Below are positions 8,722 through 17,996 of a stretch of DNA of 58,356 nt, in pieces. The position numbers and the translations under genes were made by a program. The number at the start of each line of letters is the position of its first letter. Position 1 is the first letter of the stretch. Source of the DNA: an uncultured Nitrospiraceae bacterium. Its GTDB lineage: Bacteria > Nitrospirota > Thermodesulfovibrionia > UBA6902. The DNA lies in NCBI GenBank assembly GCA_964347155.1, contig CAYFXR010000161.1, forward strand, positions 1 to 58,356, in the 5' to 3' direction. The notes under the pieces are model-generated. The model did not search any database and was not told where the DNA came from. It worked only from the letters and a program-made list of their open reading frames with translations.

Positions 8722-8748
8722 TTATCGGCATATTCCATAAAAACTTTA
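8722..8748 (-). promoter_or_regulatory. sigma28 (FliA) promoter of fliC
   Basis: Minus-strand read TAAAGTTT-TTATGGAATAT-GCCGATAA matches the consensus exactly, with an 11-nt spacer. Confidence 0.85.
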
Positions 8749-8860
8749 GCTAAAACTGTAAAAATTATTTTCAGTTTCTATTTAAGGTAAATATTTTATG
8801 GTTCTTTCGGAACAAAGCTGAAAGAATCTTCTAAGATGGAATAAATTGAACTATAATGTT

Positions 8861-8891
8861 GTCATTCCCGCAGTCTTTTGAGCGGGAATCC
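8861..8891 (+). repeat. GTCATTCC-type REP-like hairpin
   Basis: GTCATTCCCGC-AGTCTTTTGA-GCGGGAATCC inverted repeat. Confidence 0.6.
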
Positions 8892-8963
8892 AGAGATCAT
8901 AACTAAAGGAACCTCTTTATATTTGAAGAGTTATGGTGTATTTTATTCCTGTGCAGAGAGACT

Positions 8964-9046
8964 GGATCCTCCGGTCAAGCCCTGAACCAAATGGAACAGG
9001 GCAAGCCCTGAACCGCTCCTGGTACAGGGCAAGCCGGAGGATGACA
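8964..9046 (-). repeat. GTCATCC/CCCTGNACC REP-like element (tandem hairpins)
   Basis: The minus strand reads GTCATCCTCCGGCTTGCCCTGTACCAGGAGCGGTTCAGGGCTTGCCCTG..., homologous to 40797-40843. Confidence 0.6.
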
Positions 9047-9140
9047 AAAGTGATGGTATCGCTCTACCATGAGACCTATAAAAAAATGTGGGAACTCCTG
9101 ATACTATGAGGGTCGATCTGACTCAAATGATTCAGGACAG

Positions 9141-9551
9141 TTACTTAACCTTCTGATATGAGTCAAGGGGCTTGTCTAAAACCACCTGCAAACCTTTCAT
9201 GACACTGGCATTTATAATGAGAGGTCCTTGAAAATTGGCTATTACATCTTCTCCATGAACTCTCATAATTACAAGTATTACGATATCTTCATTATTTTCA
9301 ATCTGAAGGAACTGTTTTACTCTCTTATCCAGGTCAATAGAATATTCGGCTACAAGAAAATCAGGCGATACAACAATAAATGCTATATCAGGATCATTCA
9401 GTGCCTGCAACCATTTAAGGGGTGTGTCCTTATGGTCTATCAGGATAAAACGATTTATATTTGGAAAACCCACGAGACCTTCAGGAAAATGTATAATCTT
9501 ATCCTCTTCTACTTCTAATTTTCCAAATCTTGAGGTTTGAAACTTTATCAT
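9141..9551 (-). CDS. fliW: flagellar assembly factor FliW
   Basis: 136 aa with FPEGLVGFPNINRFILID...LKWLQALNDPDIAFIVVSP. It overlaps the csrA stop by 4 nt. Confidence 0.93.
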   Translation of the reverse strand: MIKFQTSRFGKLEVEEDKIIHFPEGLVGFPNINRFILIDHKDTPLKWLQALNDPDIAFIVVSPDFLVAEYSIDLDKRVKQFLQIENNEDIVILVIMRVHGEDVIANFQGPLIINASVMKGLQVVLDKPLDSYQKVK

Positions 9552-9778
9552 TTCGACTTTAATACCTTGTTTATCCTATTAAATTCTTCCATTAAAAGAT
9601 CTGAAGACATAAGGTTTTCTTCCCTTATCCTGTCATATAATTCTTTTCGGTATATCCTGAGATTAAAAGGCGCCTCTATCCCTAATCTCACAGAATTGCC
9701 TTTTATCTCAACAACGGTAATCGTGATATTATCTCCAAGCTTTATTGATTCATCTGACTTCCTTGTCAAAACCAGCAT
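9548..9778 (-). CDS. csrA: carbon storage regulator CsrA
   Basis: 76 aa with MLVLTRKSDESIKLGDNITITVVEIKGNSVRLGIEAP. Confidence 0.97.
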   Translation of the reverse strand: MLVLTRKSDESIKLGDNITITVVEIKGNSVRLGIEAPFNLRIYRKELYDRIREENLMSSDLLMEEFNRINKVLKSK

Positions 9779-9794
9779 CCTGCCTCCATTTTAA

Positions 9795-9858
9795 TCATTG
9801 GTCAACAGTCACTGGTCATAAAACTTTCAATCAATTACTAATGACCAGCGACCAATGA
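9795..9858. repeat. heptanucleotide-periodic hairpin array (flgL/csrA junction)
   Basis: TCATTGG TCAACAG TCACTGG TCA...ATG ACCAGCG ACCAATG A. The arms TCATTGGTC/GACCAATGA and ACTGGTCAT/ATGACCAG are complementary. The array abuts the flgL stop. Confidence 0.75.
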
Positions 9859-9859
9859 C

Positions 9860-10738
9860 TTATCCGAGAAAATCGAGCAGAGATTGTGATAACATTTCTG
9901 AACCTGATGCCCTTAGTGACTGAAGTGTCACTTCAGTTTTTGCGAGTTCACTCACAGTTTCCGCAATATCTGCATCTTCCGTATCAGAAAGGAACATTTT
10001 TAATGAATAATTCATGTCTTCCAGATTGATCTTTTGTTTTTCAAGATACGCCAGTCTCGCACCAAACAACGCACGTACATTCGCTGTCTGTTCAAGCATG
10101 CCTTCGATATTTGTGATAGCCATTTGTATTTCTGCCTCATCATTATTTTCAAGAGCTATACGAAAGTTATCAAGGATTTTAGCAAAGGTATTCCCTCCGT
10201 AGCTAAGGGCCGCATTACCGGGAATATTTGCCGCTATCGTGGAATTCCTACCAACCATTACATCTATTTCGCCTGAATCACCCTGATAGTTATATCCGGA
10301 ATCAAAAGCCGGGGTGTCAGTACTATATCCTGAGAATACATATCTGTCCCGGAACCTGCTGTTTGAATAATTAAAGACTTCGTCTCTTAAGTTTCCTATT
10401 TCCGCTGCGATGGTATATCGAGTCTCAGCAGACTGTGTTCCATTAGCTGCTTCAATAGCAAGCTCTTTTGCCCGTGTTAACGAAGAACTAATAGACGACA
10501 TCACCGTATCCGAAAAATCCAGATACGAATAGGCATCATCTATGTTTTTCATATATTGTTCATTCTCGTTTAATTTTACTTTGTAATCCAGGGCCCTTGC
10601 CCCGCCTGCTACATCTTCTGACGGCTTATTTATCTTTTTGCCCGTAGATAGCCTGTCACTATATTTTGACAGTATCCTCATGTTTCTTTGAAGGGACCTT
10701 GTAAGTTGATCGAATATGATAAATGATGTAATTCTCAT
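9860..10738 (-). CDS. flgL: flagellar hook-associated protein 3 FlgL
   Basis: 292 aa with a flagellin-like N-terminus (RLSTGKKINKPSEDVAGG). It follows flgK with a 4-nt overlap. Confidence 0.9.
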   Translation of the reverse strand: MRITSFIIFDQLTRSLQRNMRILSKYSDRLSTGKKINKPSEDVAGGARALDYKVKLNENEQYMKNIDDAYSYLDFSDTVMSSISSSLTRAKELAIEAANGTQSAETRYTIAAEIGNLRDEVFNYSNSRFRDRYVFSGYSTDTPAFDSGYNYQGDSGEIDVMVGRNSTIAANIPGNAALSYGGNTFAKILDNFRIALENNDEAEIQMAITNIEGMLEQTANVRALFGARLAYLEKQKINLEDMNYSLKMFLSDTEDADIAETVSELAKTEVTLQSLRASGSEMLSQSLLDFLG

Positions 10739-12357
10739 AAATTTACTATCAATTGTAAAAGTTCATCTGTTATCTTGAGTATTCGTGCACCGGCTTCATA
10801 TGCACGTTGATATCTTATGAGGTTGGCTGCCTCTTCATCCAGAGATACACCTGATGCCTCTTCTCTTTTCTTTTGCAATTCAAAGAGCAAATTATCATCA
10901 TAAGTAAGGCTATCTGATGCTGCCCTACTTAAAATGCCGATATTTGAAACAATCCCACGATAGTAATCTTGAAACGAAGCGCTGCTAAGGTCTGAAATGC
11001 CATTTTGAGGTAACTGGGCAATTTGCAGAGCATTTGTATTATCACCGGGCAAATACAGATCAGAGGTAGCCGCTGCAACCTCTTGAGAATCCGTGAGAGC
11101 AACATTAAAATTCTTGATGGCGTCTGTTAATGGACTAATAAAAAAACTGTCATTTGCAGCAGGGGCTCCATCAATAACAACTTCGATACCATCAAAATTA
11201 ATCGGATTTCCCGCTCCGTAAACTCCTGATGCAACGAGAGCACCAGACTGGTGATTGTATACTTCATAATTTGATGCATCAACGAATTGTATGTCATATT
11301 CATCAAGAGTAAGAGAAGAAGGGTCAGTAATAATTGATGATGTTATATATGCACCTGACGAATAATCAAGTGTATATGTTTGTAATGCATCAAAAAAATT
11401 ATTGTTTGTCGAACCGTCAAGACCGTAGCCGGAGCGATGAAGAATATTTGTCTCCTTCGTTATGGATGCAATCAATTTCCTTAAACTATAAATAGGATTT
11501 GATCTAATATCATCCCTGACTGCAAGTAGTCCTCCGATCTGGCCTTGTTGAAAGGAAGAGTTCACATTTTTTCCATTAAAGTATATTTCCCTGTCTCCTT
11601 CTAAATCAACTGCCGTAGTAAGTTCATATGATCTTTCAGGATTTACAATTGTTTCCCCACCTACTATAACCGAGATACTACCATTACTGTTTTCAAACCA
11701 CGAAAAGTCCATGAGTTCGGCAAGCTCATTGAGAAGGATGTCCCTCTCATCCCTAAAATTGCTGGCGATATCAACGTTAAGGCCGGCTTCTATCTGAACA
11801 ATCTTTTCATTTATTGCAGCAATGTTTGACGTTATTAAATTTGCACGGTCCACTACATCACCGATTTCATTATTAATATTTTTTATTGTATCCAAAAGCT
11901 CATTTTCTATCTGTTTTGCCGATTTGACCACCGCATCTGCTTTCTGTATCAATACTATCCTTTGGGGTTGTCCTTCGGGATTGGTCGCAACTTCCTGCCA
12001 TGCATTAAAATAATCTTCTAAGGGATTAAATAATCCCATGTCTTGTGCCTCATTAAAAATCTGCTCAACATAACTTAATCCTCGTTCGAGAGAATATGAT
12101 CTTCCATAACTATGCTTTTGTCCGATAATCTGAAGGTGAATAAACTTATCATAATGTCTTCTTACTTCGACATTTCCAATACCTCTACCGATATAATTTC
12201 CATTTATTACAACCGGGTCGGCTATTTCAAGGATTACTTCCTGACGGGTGTATCCAGGTGTATTAACATTGGCTATATTATTGCTTGTTACATTAAGTGC
12301 TGCCTGATTTGCAAAGATTGCAGATTTTCCTATATCAAAAAGCCCGTAGAGGGACAT
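10735..12357 (-). CDS. flgK: flagellar hook-associated protein 1 FlgK
   Basis: 540 aa. N-terminus ALNVTSNNIANVNTPGYTRQ and C-terminus LDEEAANLIRYQRAYEAGARIL are typical of FlgK. Confidence 0.93.
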   Translation of the reverse strand: MSLYGLFDIGKSAIFANQAALNVTSNNIANVNTPGYTRQEVILEIADPVVINGNYIGRGIGNVEVRRHYDKFIHLQIIGQKHSYGRSYSLERGLSYVEQIFNEAQDMGLFNPLEDYFNAWQEVATNPEGQPQRIVLIQKADAVVKSAKQIENELLDTIKNINNEIGDVVDRANLITSNIAAINEKIVQIEAGLNVDIASNFRDERDILLNELAELMDFSWFENSNGSISVIVGGETIVNPERSYELTTAVDLEGDREIYFNGKNVNSSFQQGQIGGLLAVRDDIRSNPIYSLRKLIASITKETNILHRSGYGLDGSTNNNFFDALQTYTLDYSSGAYITSSIITDPSSLTLDEYDIQFVDASNYEVYNHQSGALVASGVYGAGNPINFDGIEVVIDGAPAANDSFFISPLTDAIKNFNVALTDSQEVAAATSDLYLPGDNTNALQIAQLPQNGISDLSSASFQDYYRGIVSNIGILSRAASDSLTYDDNLLFELQKKREEASGVSLDEEAANLIRYQRAYEAGARILKITDELLQLIVNL

Positions 12358-12813
12358 TCATGTCTCCTTTGATAAAAGAACCCCCGTAGTGTGAGGGATA
12401 TTTTCCATATTAAATGAGTTAAAAAAATTTGTAGATGTTCTAATATATCTGATCGAACGATCTATCAGAACAGAGTTAAATTTGTTCATCTCCTCTAAGC
12501 TCTGCAGAAGGGACAGTAACTGGGAACGTAATGCAGGGAAGATATTGTTTTTTGTCAACTTTCCTAATTCTTCGAGATTAATGTCACCTGTAATGCCGTT
12601 GTCGTCAGTGAATTTTTTTGTAAGCCTCATCCGTTCTTCTTCGAGCAGTCTAAGCCTCATAATGACCGTATCCTTTTCCTTTGATATCTCTTCAACCTCT
12701 TCTGCATTAATATCTATAAGACACGCCCTTTCTTTCTTGAGAATGTCATAGAGTATCTTGTAGGTATTGATTTGCTCTTTCAGTATGCTTATAATCGCCT
12801 GATCAGATGTCAT
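12358..12813 (-). CDS. flgN: flagellar chaperone FlgN-like protein
   Basis: 151-aa helical protein between flgM and flgK, in the canonical position. Confidence 0.7.
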   Translation of the reverse strand: MTSDQAIISILKEQINTYKILYDILKKERACLIDINAEEVEEISKEKDTVIMRLRLLEEERMRLTKKFTDDNGITGDINLEELGKLTKNNIFPALRSQLLSLLQSLEEMNKFNSVLIDRSIRYIRTSTNFFNSFNMENIPHTTGVLLSKET

Positions 12814-13103
12814 ATTTCTTCTAAAATCTTCTGTGCTGTTTTCTGTGAATCTATGTTATAGTTACCAGAGTCAATTGCCTTTTTGATAGCATCAACCTTA
12901 TCTCTCCTTATATCAGGAAGTTGATCTATCAAACCTTTAAGCTCAATGATCTTTTTTGCCTTTGCTGACAAACTTATTTTATCTTTATCGCTTTCAGTCT
13001 TTTGAGCACTTTCATTCTTTTCCAGATCCTGATTTTTGCTTAGATCATGAACCTTTTCATATAGGTTTTTCCCTTCAACCGGATTATTTCCCTGTATCTT
13101 CAT
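12810..13103 (-). CDS. flgM: anti-sigma-28 factor FlgM
   Basis: 97 aa. The C-terminal RRDKVDAIKKAIDSGNYNIDSQKTAQKILE is typical of FlgM, and a sigma28 promoter lies upstream. Confidence 0.8.
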   Translation of the reverse strand: MKIQGNNPVEGKNLYEKVHDLSKNQDLEKNESAQKTESDKDKISLSAKAKKIIELKGLIDQLPDIRRDKVDAIKKAIDSGNYNIDSQKTAQKILEEI

Positions 13104-13215
13104 GCTTATACCCCCCCTTCAGAACTTTGTTATATATTTTCATGCATGATATATTATTCTTAATATCCAAAAAATTTTTTTAAAGTGTAAATTTATTTTA
13201 CAGCTTTTGATTTTC

Positions 13216-13242
13216 TTATCGGCACTTTTATTAAAATCTTTA
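13216..13242 (-). promoter_or_regulatory. sigma28 (FliA) promoter of the flgM operon
   Basis: Minus-strand read TAAAGATT-TTAATAAAAGT-GCCGATAA with an 11-nt spacer. It overlaps the last codons of the rod-binding gene. Confidence 0.8.
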
Positions 13243-13554
13243 ATCATGTATATCATTACCATCTCTACTCTTATGTCCATTGTTTGGCATCCTTTCCAAC
13301 CAATTCACTATCGCATCCTGCAGACCAAGACCTCTCTCAGCAAAGAGCCTTGAGATCTCCATATCGAACATGCTCATATATGTATTATGCCCGAATCCTT
13401 TTTTTTCGGATGATATACTATTTGCAGTTTCTCTCATTATTTTGATTAACTGATAAGCAAAGAGAGATTCCATTTCCTTCGCAACCTTTTTATGATCAGC
13501 GAGTTGATTTTCTACGGACTTCTGATTACTGATTATTGAGATGAGATCAATCAT
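13240..13554 (-). CDS. rod-binding protein (FlgJ N-terminal-domain type)
   Basis: 104 aa with MESLFAYQLIKIMRET..., located after flgI. No muramidase domain. Confidence 0.75.
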   Translation of the reverse strand: MIDLISIISNQKSVENQLADHKKVAKEMESLFAYQLIKIMRETANSISSEKKGFGHNTYMSMFDMEISRLFAERGLGLQDAIVNWLERMPNNGHKSRDGNDIHD

Positions 13555-14690
13555 ATTATCTCCAGCTCTGCATTTAACGCGCCTGCAGACTTTAGCGCCT
13601 GAAGTATGGATATGAGGTCACGTGGTGTTACACCTAAGGCATTTAATGCCCTTACTATTTCACCCAGGGTAACGCCTGATACCTCAACAAGAGAAGCCTT
13701 TTGCTCTTCAACTTTAATATCTGTTCGAGGTACAAGAATAGTCTCTGCCTTTTCAGATGCAAATGGGCCTGGTTGAGAAACTTTGGGTTCTTCTTTGATC
13801 TCAATTGCAAGGGAGCCGTGAGCAATTGCTACAGGGGATATTTTTACATTATCTCCAATAATTATCGTTCCGGTTCTTTCGTTAATGATAATCTTAGCCG
13901 GCATATCAACATCCACCTCCAGCATGTCAACCTTTGTAATTAATGTAACGATTCTATCCTTATATACCGGTGGTATCAATAACTTTACTGATGACGGATC
14001 AATCGGGAATGCATACGTTCCTTTTAAGGCGTTGTTTATCTGCCTTGAAATTTCATCTGCCGTAGCAAAATCACTCTTATGGAGAAACAGCCTGATTTCA
14101 TTGCCATCACCGAGAGTAAAAAATGGTTCCCTTTCTATTGTTGCACCCGCAGGGATTTTCCCTGCGGTTGGATGATTTTTTTGCAAAGAAGCTGCCTCTC
14201 CTTCTGCAGCAAAACCCCCTATTGATACAGGACCCTGGGCAAGGGCATAGACCTTGCCATCAGGGCCCTTCAGGGGGGTAAGAAGTAGCGTGCCACCTTG
14301 AATACTTTTCGCATCACCTATAGTTGAAACAAGTACGTCAACCTTCTTTCCCGGTTTCGCAAAAGGTGGGAGTATCGCAGTAACGACAACAGCAGCTATA
14401 TTTTTTGATTTTATATCTTCTGCATGTAACGTAAGCCCCATCCTTCTGAGCATATTCCCAATACTCTGTATAGCTGCCTGTCCTTTATCACCGGTGCCAT
14501 CAAGTCCAACCACAAGTCCGTAACCGATAAGTTGATTATCTCTAACACCTTCAAAGCTTGCTATATCCTTGATACGCTCAGCATGACTGAAAGTGATAAG
14601 TAAGCAGTAAGCAGTAAGCAGAAAAAGGTAAAGTAGTCCTCTACTTACTGACTTCTGACTTCTGATTTCTGATTTCATTAGAATGGCCAT
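13551..14690 (-). CDS. flgI: flagellar P-ring protein FlgI
   Basis: 379 aa with signal peptide ...LLITFSHA/ERIKDIASFEGVRDNQLIGYGLVVGLDGTGD. An alternative ATG at 14678 overlaps the flgH stop by 1 nt. Confidence 0.95.
   Translation of the reverse strand: MAILMKSEIRSQKSVSRGLLYLFLLTAYCLLITFSHAERIKDIASFEGVRDNQLIGYGLVVGLDGTGDKGQAAIQSIGNMLRRMGLTLHAEDIKSKNIAAVVVTAILPPFAKPGKKVDVLVSTIGDAKSIQGGTLLLTPLKGPDGKVYALAQGPVSIGGFAAEGEAASLQKNHPTAGKIPAGATIEREPFFTLGDGNEIRLFLHKSDFATADEISRQINNALKGTYAFPIDPSSVKLLIPPVYKDRIVTLITKVDMLEVDVDMPAKIIINERTGTIIIGDNVKISPVAIAHGSLAIEIKEEPKVSQPGPFASEKAETILVPRTDIKVEEQKASLVEVSGVTLGEIVRALNALGVTPRDLISILQALKSAGALNAELEII
14595..14676. repeat. heptanucleotide-periodic hairpin array inside the flgI 5' coding region
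   Basis: AAGCAGT AAGCAGT AAGCAGA ... GTAG-TCCT-CTAC ... ACTTCTG ACTTCTG ATTTCTG ATTTC. Confidence 0.7.
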
Positions 14691-15421
14691 ACCTTATCCA
14701 GTGCCCTTACAAGCCAGCCCGGTCTCTGCTTGTCTTGAATTACACCGTCTCCTACATAATAGATCTGTGCATCAGCTATATTGCTGCTTAATACTGTATT
14801 ATCAGTTGAAATATCATCCGGTCTTACCATCCCTCGTAATATAAGTATCTGTTTCTCGTCATTTATGGTCAATTCCTTTCTCGACTCCAAAACGAGATTG
14901 CCATTAGGCATAACTTCTACAACTTTTGCTGTGATAGTCGCTATCAGTTCTCCTTCCCTGTTTGTGTCCCCCTCGCCTTTAAACTCTGATTTTCCACTCC
15001 CTTTCACTACCGGTTCAAAGACATTTGTACCCTTGTAAAAATCTTTTAATAAGAATGCATTGTGAAGATTAAAGTCCTTATTCATGCCTAAAAAATTTGT
15101 TAAATTAAAATCTGCAGACGAATCACGACTTGTTTCCGTATCAGCCTTACCTGATCCCGACAAACTTTCCACTACATTTATGGTTACAAGGTCGTTCACT
15201 CTTCTTGCTTTTGTATCAATAAACAGATTTTCCTTATTGTTCCAGAGTGAGTTGACAGTCCCGACATCCCGGGGCTCTTCCATATGATAAACATATTTCG
15301 GTGGTGGAATCGGGAGTTTTGCTGAAGGTGTAGCACAAGCATATACAAAAAACATCGTACAGAACCACGAACTGAGAACCCAGATGTTTTTTATCTGTAT
15401 GTTGTGTTCTTTTTTTTGCAT
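14678..15421 (-). CDS. flgH: flagellar L-ring lipoprotein FlgH
   Basis: The start is taken at MQKKEH (ATG at 15421, 1 nt after the flgA stop). Lipobox-like FFVYAC, and the FlgH core LVTINVVESLSGSGKADT...GNLVLESRKELTIN. Confidence 0.9.
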   Translation of the reverse strand: MQKKEHNIQIKNIWVLSSWFCTMFFVYACATPSAKLPIPPPKYVYHMEEPRDVGTVNSLWNNKENLFIDTKARRVNDLVTINVVESLSGSGKADTETSRDSSADFNLTNFLGMNKDFNLHNAFLLKDFYKGTNVFEPVVKGSGKSEFKGEGDTNREGELIATITAKVVEVMPNGNLVLESRKELTINDEKQILILRGMVRPDDISTDNTVLSSNIADAQIYYVGDGVIQDKQRPGWLVRALDKVWPF

Positions 15422-15422
15422 C

Positions 15423-16130
15423 TTAAAGTTCCACCTTAACTGTATTTTCATCTATCAATACTCCGCTGACCTCTTTTTTTGATGACAGGTTCATTGCCCT
15501 TACCGTCGTTCCAACATATCCTTTCTCTTTCGTTTTACCGGCCGTCGTTATATTAAGCCCTTTATGACGTATCATAAGCATTACCATCTTTCCTCTTTTT
15601 ACCAACTGAGATTTCTCAACCATATCTTCTACTATCGGGATATTGGCAATTATGGATCTCTTTAAAGATTTTCCTATGATTAATTCCGGATTCTTTACTG
15701 AACTTTTTGGCATTTTTCTAATATCCATTCCGGAAACATATATATCTTGATAGCGGAGGACATGACCCTTTTTGAATGGTCTCCTGCTCTTAACAACGCT
15801 GTCAAATGCCCTGACATTTGCCTTTACCATTACCCTTCTGTCAGTCTTGAATAAAAAAGAAAAAACAGCCTTTCCAATCGGACCTTTTTCAACATTAATC
15901 TTCTCGGGTACTTCTACGGGCACTTTACCAATAACTTGAACACCGGTAACTTCCACTTCTTTCCAGGGGTAGTTTTTTGTTACATACATCTTTATGATGC
16001 TTTCCGGATTCCATGAAGCAGCCACTACTAAATCAGAAGGCAAAAGGAAAAAACATGAAACAAGAACAATGCATGAGATAGTTACCAGTGTGCAAGATAT
16101 ATGTAACCTTTTAAGCATTATCACATTCAT
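15423..16130 (-). CDS. flgA: flagellar P-ring assembly chaperone FlgA
   Basis: 235 aa with a signal/TM N-terminus and a SAF-like C-terminal region (RPFKKGHVLRYQDI...VRAMNLSSKKEVSGVLIDENTVKVEL). Confidence 0.85.
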   Translation of the reverse strand: MNVIMLKRLHISCTLVTISCIVLVSCFFLLPSDLVVAASWNPESIIKMYVTKNYPWKEVEVTGVQVIGKVPVEVPEKINVEKGPIGKAVFSFLFKTDRRVMVKANVRAFDSVVKSRRPFKKGHVLRYQDIYVSGMDIRKMPKSSVKNPELIIGKSLKRSIIANIPIVEDMVEKSQLVKRGKMVMLMIRHKGLNITTAGKTKEKGYVGTTVRAMNLSSKKEVSGVLIDENTVKVEL

Positions 16131-16164
16131 TATCTCCTCTCCTTATGCCCATTGCCAATTGCCT

Positions 16165-16346
16165 TTAACCCAAAAAATGCATTTCACATAATGCAGTCTT
16201 TGTGAAAGAAATTATTTTTCGATACCGTAAACGCAATAATAATTGATCGAGTGTGAATACTTTTATTCAAAGCCATATGCATGATTTAATAATAAATGTA
16301 TCGAGTTAAATAATTTATTGGGCAATGTCTGCATTATTTGGGTTAA
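16165..16346 (+). repeat. MITE/REP-like element, long form (copy E, 182 bp)
   Basis: TTAACCCAAAAAATGCATTT...CTGCATTATTTGGGTTAA fills the flgG-flgA intercistronic gap, starting 3 nt after the flgG stop. Confidence 0.85.
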
Positions 16347-16349
16347 TTA

Positions 16350-17138
16350 TTATCTCTTTATTCTATTTGCCATTTGCAGCATCTCATCCGACGACTGCAC
16401 TACCTTTGAATTAAGCTCATAAGCCCTCTGGCTCACAATCATGTTTACCATCTCCTCCACTACATTTACATTACTGAGTTCGAGAAATCCCTGATTAACC
16501 ATGCCAAGTCCTTCTGATCCAGGGTTACCGGTTATGGGTTCGCCTGATGAACCAGTCGTCAAATATAGATTTTTACCAATCGCATTAAGACCACCGGGAT
16601 TTATAAACTGCGCTAATTCTATCTGTCCTATCTCTGAAGGTGTTGTGCTTCCGGCCTGCCGCACTGAAATTGTGCCATCCGAACTGATTGTAATACTCAA
16701 CGTATTCGAGGGGATAGTCATTGATGGCTCTATTGGATAACCATCCGAGTTTACTATACGACCTTCACTGTCAAGTTTAAAAGCACCTGCACGTGTATAC
16801 GCAATTTCTCCATCCGGCATGGAAATCTGAAAAAAACCTTCTCCTTCTATTACCAGATCAAGGCTATTGTCAGTTGATACAAAATCTCCCTGTTGAAACA
16901 TTTTCTGAACAGCTGCAGGTTTTACACCGAGGCCTATCTGTATACCCGATGGAATTTCTGTTCCCTCCGCTGAAGTAGCACCTGCCGTCTTTAATCCCTG
17001 ATATAACAGTTCCTGAAAATCAGCCCTGCTTTTTTTAAATCCGGTTGTATTTACATTTGCAAGGTTATTGGCTACTACGTCAATATTGAGTCTCTGTGCC
17101 TCCATACCTGTTGCTGCGATAAACATTGACCTTTGCAT
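16350..17138 (-). CDS. flgG: flagellar distal rod protein FlgG
   Basis: 262 aa. N-terminus [28 protein letters not shown] and C-terminus [23 protein letters not shown]. Confidence 0.95.
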   Translation of the reverse strand: MQRSMFIAATGMEAQRLNIDVVANNLANVNTTGFKKSRADFQELLYQGLKTAGATSAEGTEIPSGIQIGLGVKPAAVQKMFQQGDFVSTDNSLDLVIEGEGFFQISMPDGEIAYTRAGAFKLDSEGRIVNSDGYPIEPSMTIPSNTLSITISSDGTISVRQAGSTTPSEIGQIELAQFINPGGLNAIGKNLYLTTGSSGEPITGNPGSEGLGMVNQGFLELSNVNVVEEMVNMIVSQRAYELNSKVVQSSDEMLQMANRIKR

Positions 17139-17156
17139 CCTTTTCCCTCCTTATTT

Positions 17157-17268
17157 TAGTCATTAGTCATTAGTCATTAGTCACCAGTCACTAGTCATTA
17201 GTTATTGACCAGTGACCATTGACTGATGACCAGTGACTTTTGACTATTGTCCGATGACCAGTGACCAC
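17157..17268. repeat. heptanucleotide array (16 units) forming a long imperfect hairpin (flgF/flgG junction)
   Basis: TAGTCAT x3, TAGTCAC, CAGTCAC, TAGTCAT, TAGTTAT, then TGACCAG TGACCAT TGACTGA TGACCAG TGACTTT TGACTAT TGTCCGA TGACCAG TGACCAC. Confidence 0.85.
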
Positions 17269-17273
17269 TATTA

Positions 17274-17981
17274 TCATTTTCCCATTTGGTTATTTACCTT
17301 TGCCGACGCATCATCAAATGCCTGAATTATCTTTTGATAAGCCTCAAACTCCCTGAGAGATGTTAACATCTGTACCATTTCTTTAATTACCTCAACATTC
17401 GATGTCTCCAGATACCCTTGACTAATATGAAATTTTATTGCCTCACCAGGTTCATCAGTGGTAAATATCCCTCCATTCAGTTTTTTAAGTAAGCCCTTAT
17501 CAGAAAAATCTACTATCTTTATTGTTCCTACAGATATATCGTCAACAAAGACCTCTCCTGATGAGTTGATGTCAATTTTTCTTCCACGAACTGATATAGG
17601 TCCTCCACTTCCGAGAACCTTTATATCATCATGTGTTACAAGGTAACCATCAGTGTTAATCTTAAAGTTACCATTCCTCGTATATCTGTTATTTTCAAGT
17701 ACAAAAAAACCTTCACCGTTTATTGCCACATCAAGAGGGTTCCCCGTCTTTAAGAGAGTACCTTTTGAAAAATCAGTTATAATACTGGAAATCGTACTCA
17801 TCGATCTTCCATCAGTTGCAAAGCTTGTTTTATTATCAACCGGAATTAAATAATTCTTGAAAGATATTCTTTCTTTTTTATAACCCGATGTAGTTGAATT
17901 GGCAATATTCTGGGCAAAGATATCCATATGTTTCTGTTTTAATATTGCTCCTGAAAGTGCTATATAGATTCCCTTATGCAT
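17274..17981 (-). CDS. flgF: flagellar proximal rod protein FlgF
   Basis: 235 aa. N-terminus IALSGAILKQKHMDIFAQNIANSTTSGYK and C-terminus LETSNVEVIKEMVQMLTSLREFE. Upstream of flgG. Confidence 0.85.
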   Translation of the reverse strand: MHKGIYIALSGAILKQKHMDIFAQNIANSTTSGYKKERISFKNYLIPVDNKTSFATDGRSMSTISSIITDFSKGTLLKTGNPLDVAINGEGFFVLENNRYTRNGNFKINTDGYLVTHDDIKVLGSGGPISVRGRKIDINSSGEVFVDDISVGTIKIVDFSDKGLLKKLNGGIFTTDEPGEAIKFHISQGYLETSNVEVIKEMVQMLTSLREFEAYQKIIQAFDDASAKVNNQMGK

Positions 17982-17996
17982 TGTTGAAAATAATCT

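Noticed and set aside
16165-16346. Sigma70-, sigma54- or sigma28-type promoters inside the 182-bp element. Examples are TTGTGA-N17-TACCTT, TTCAAA-N16-AATAAT, GGGCAATGTCTGCAT and the TCGATAC segment.
   Set aside because: The sigma54-like match has GG-GC spacing two nt too short and exists only in copy E. The sigma28-like -10 box lacks a correctly spaced TAAA. The sigma70-like hexamers are no better than expected in such AT-rich DNA.
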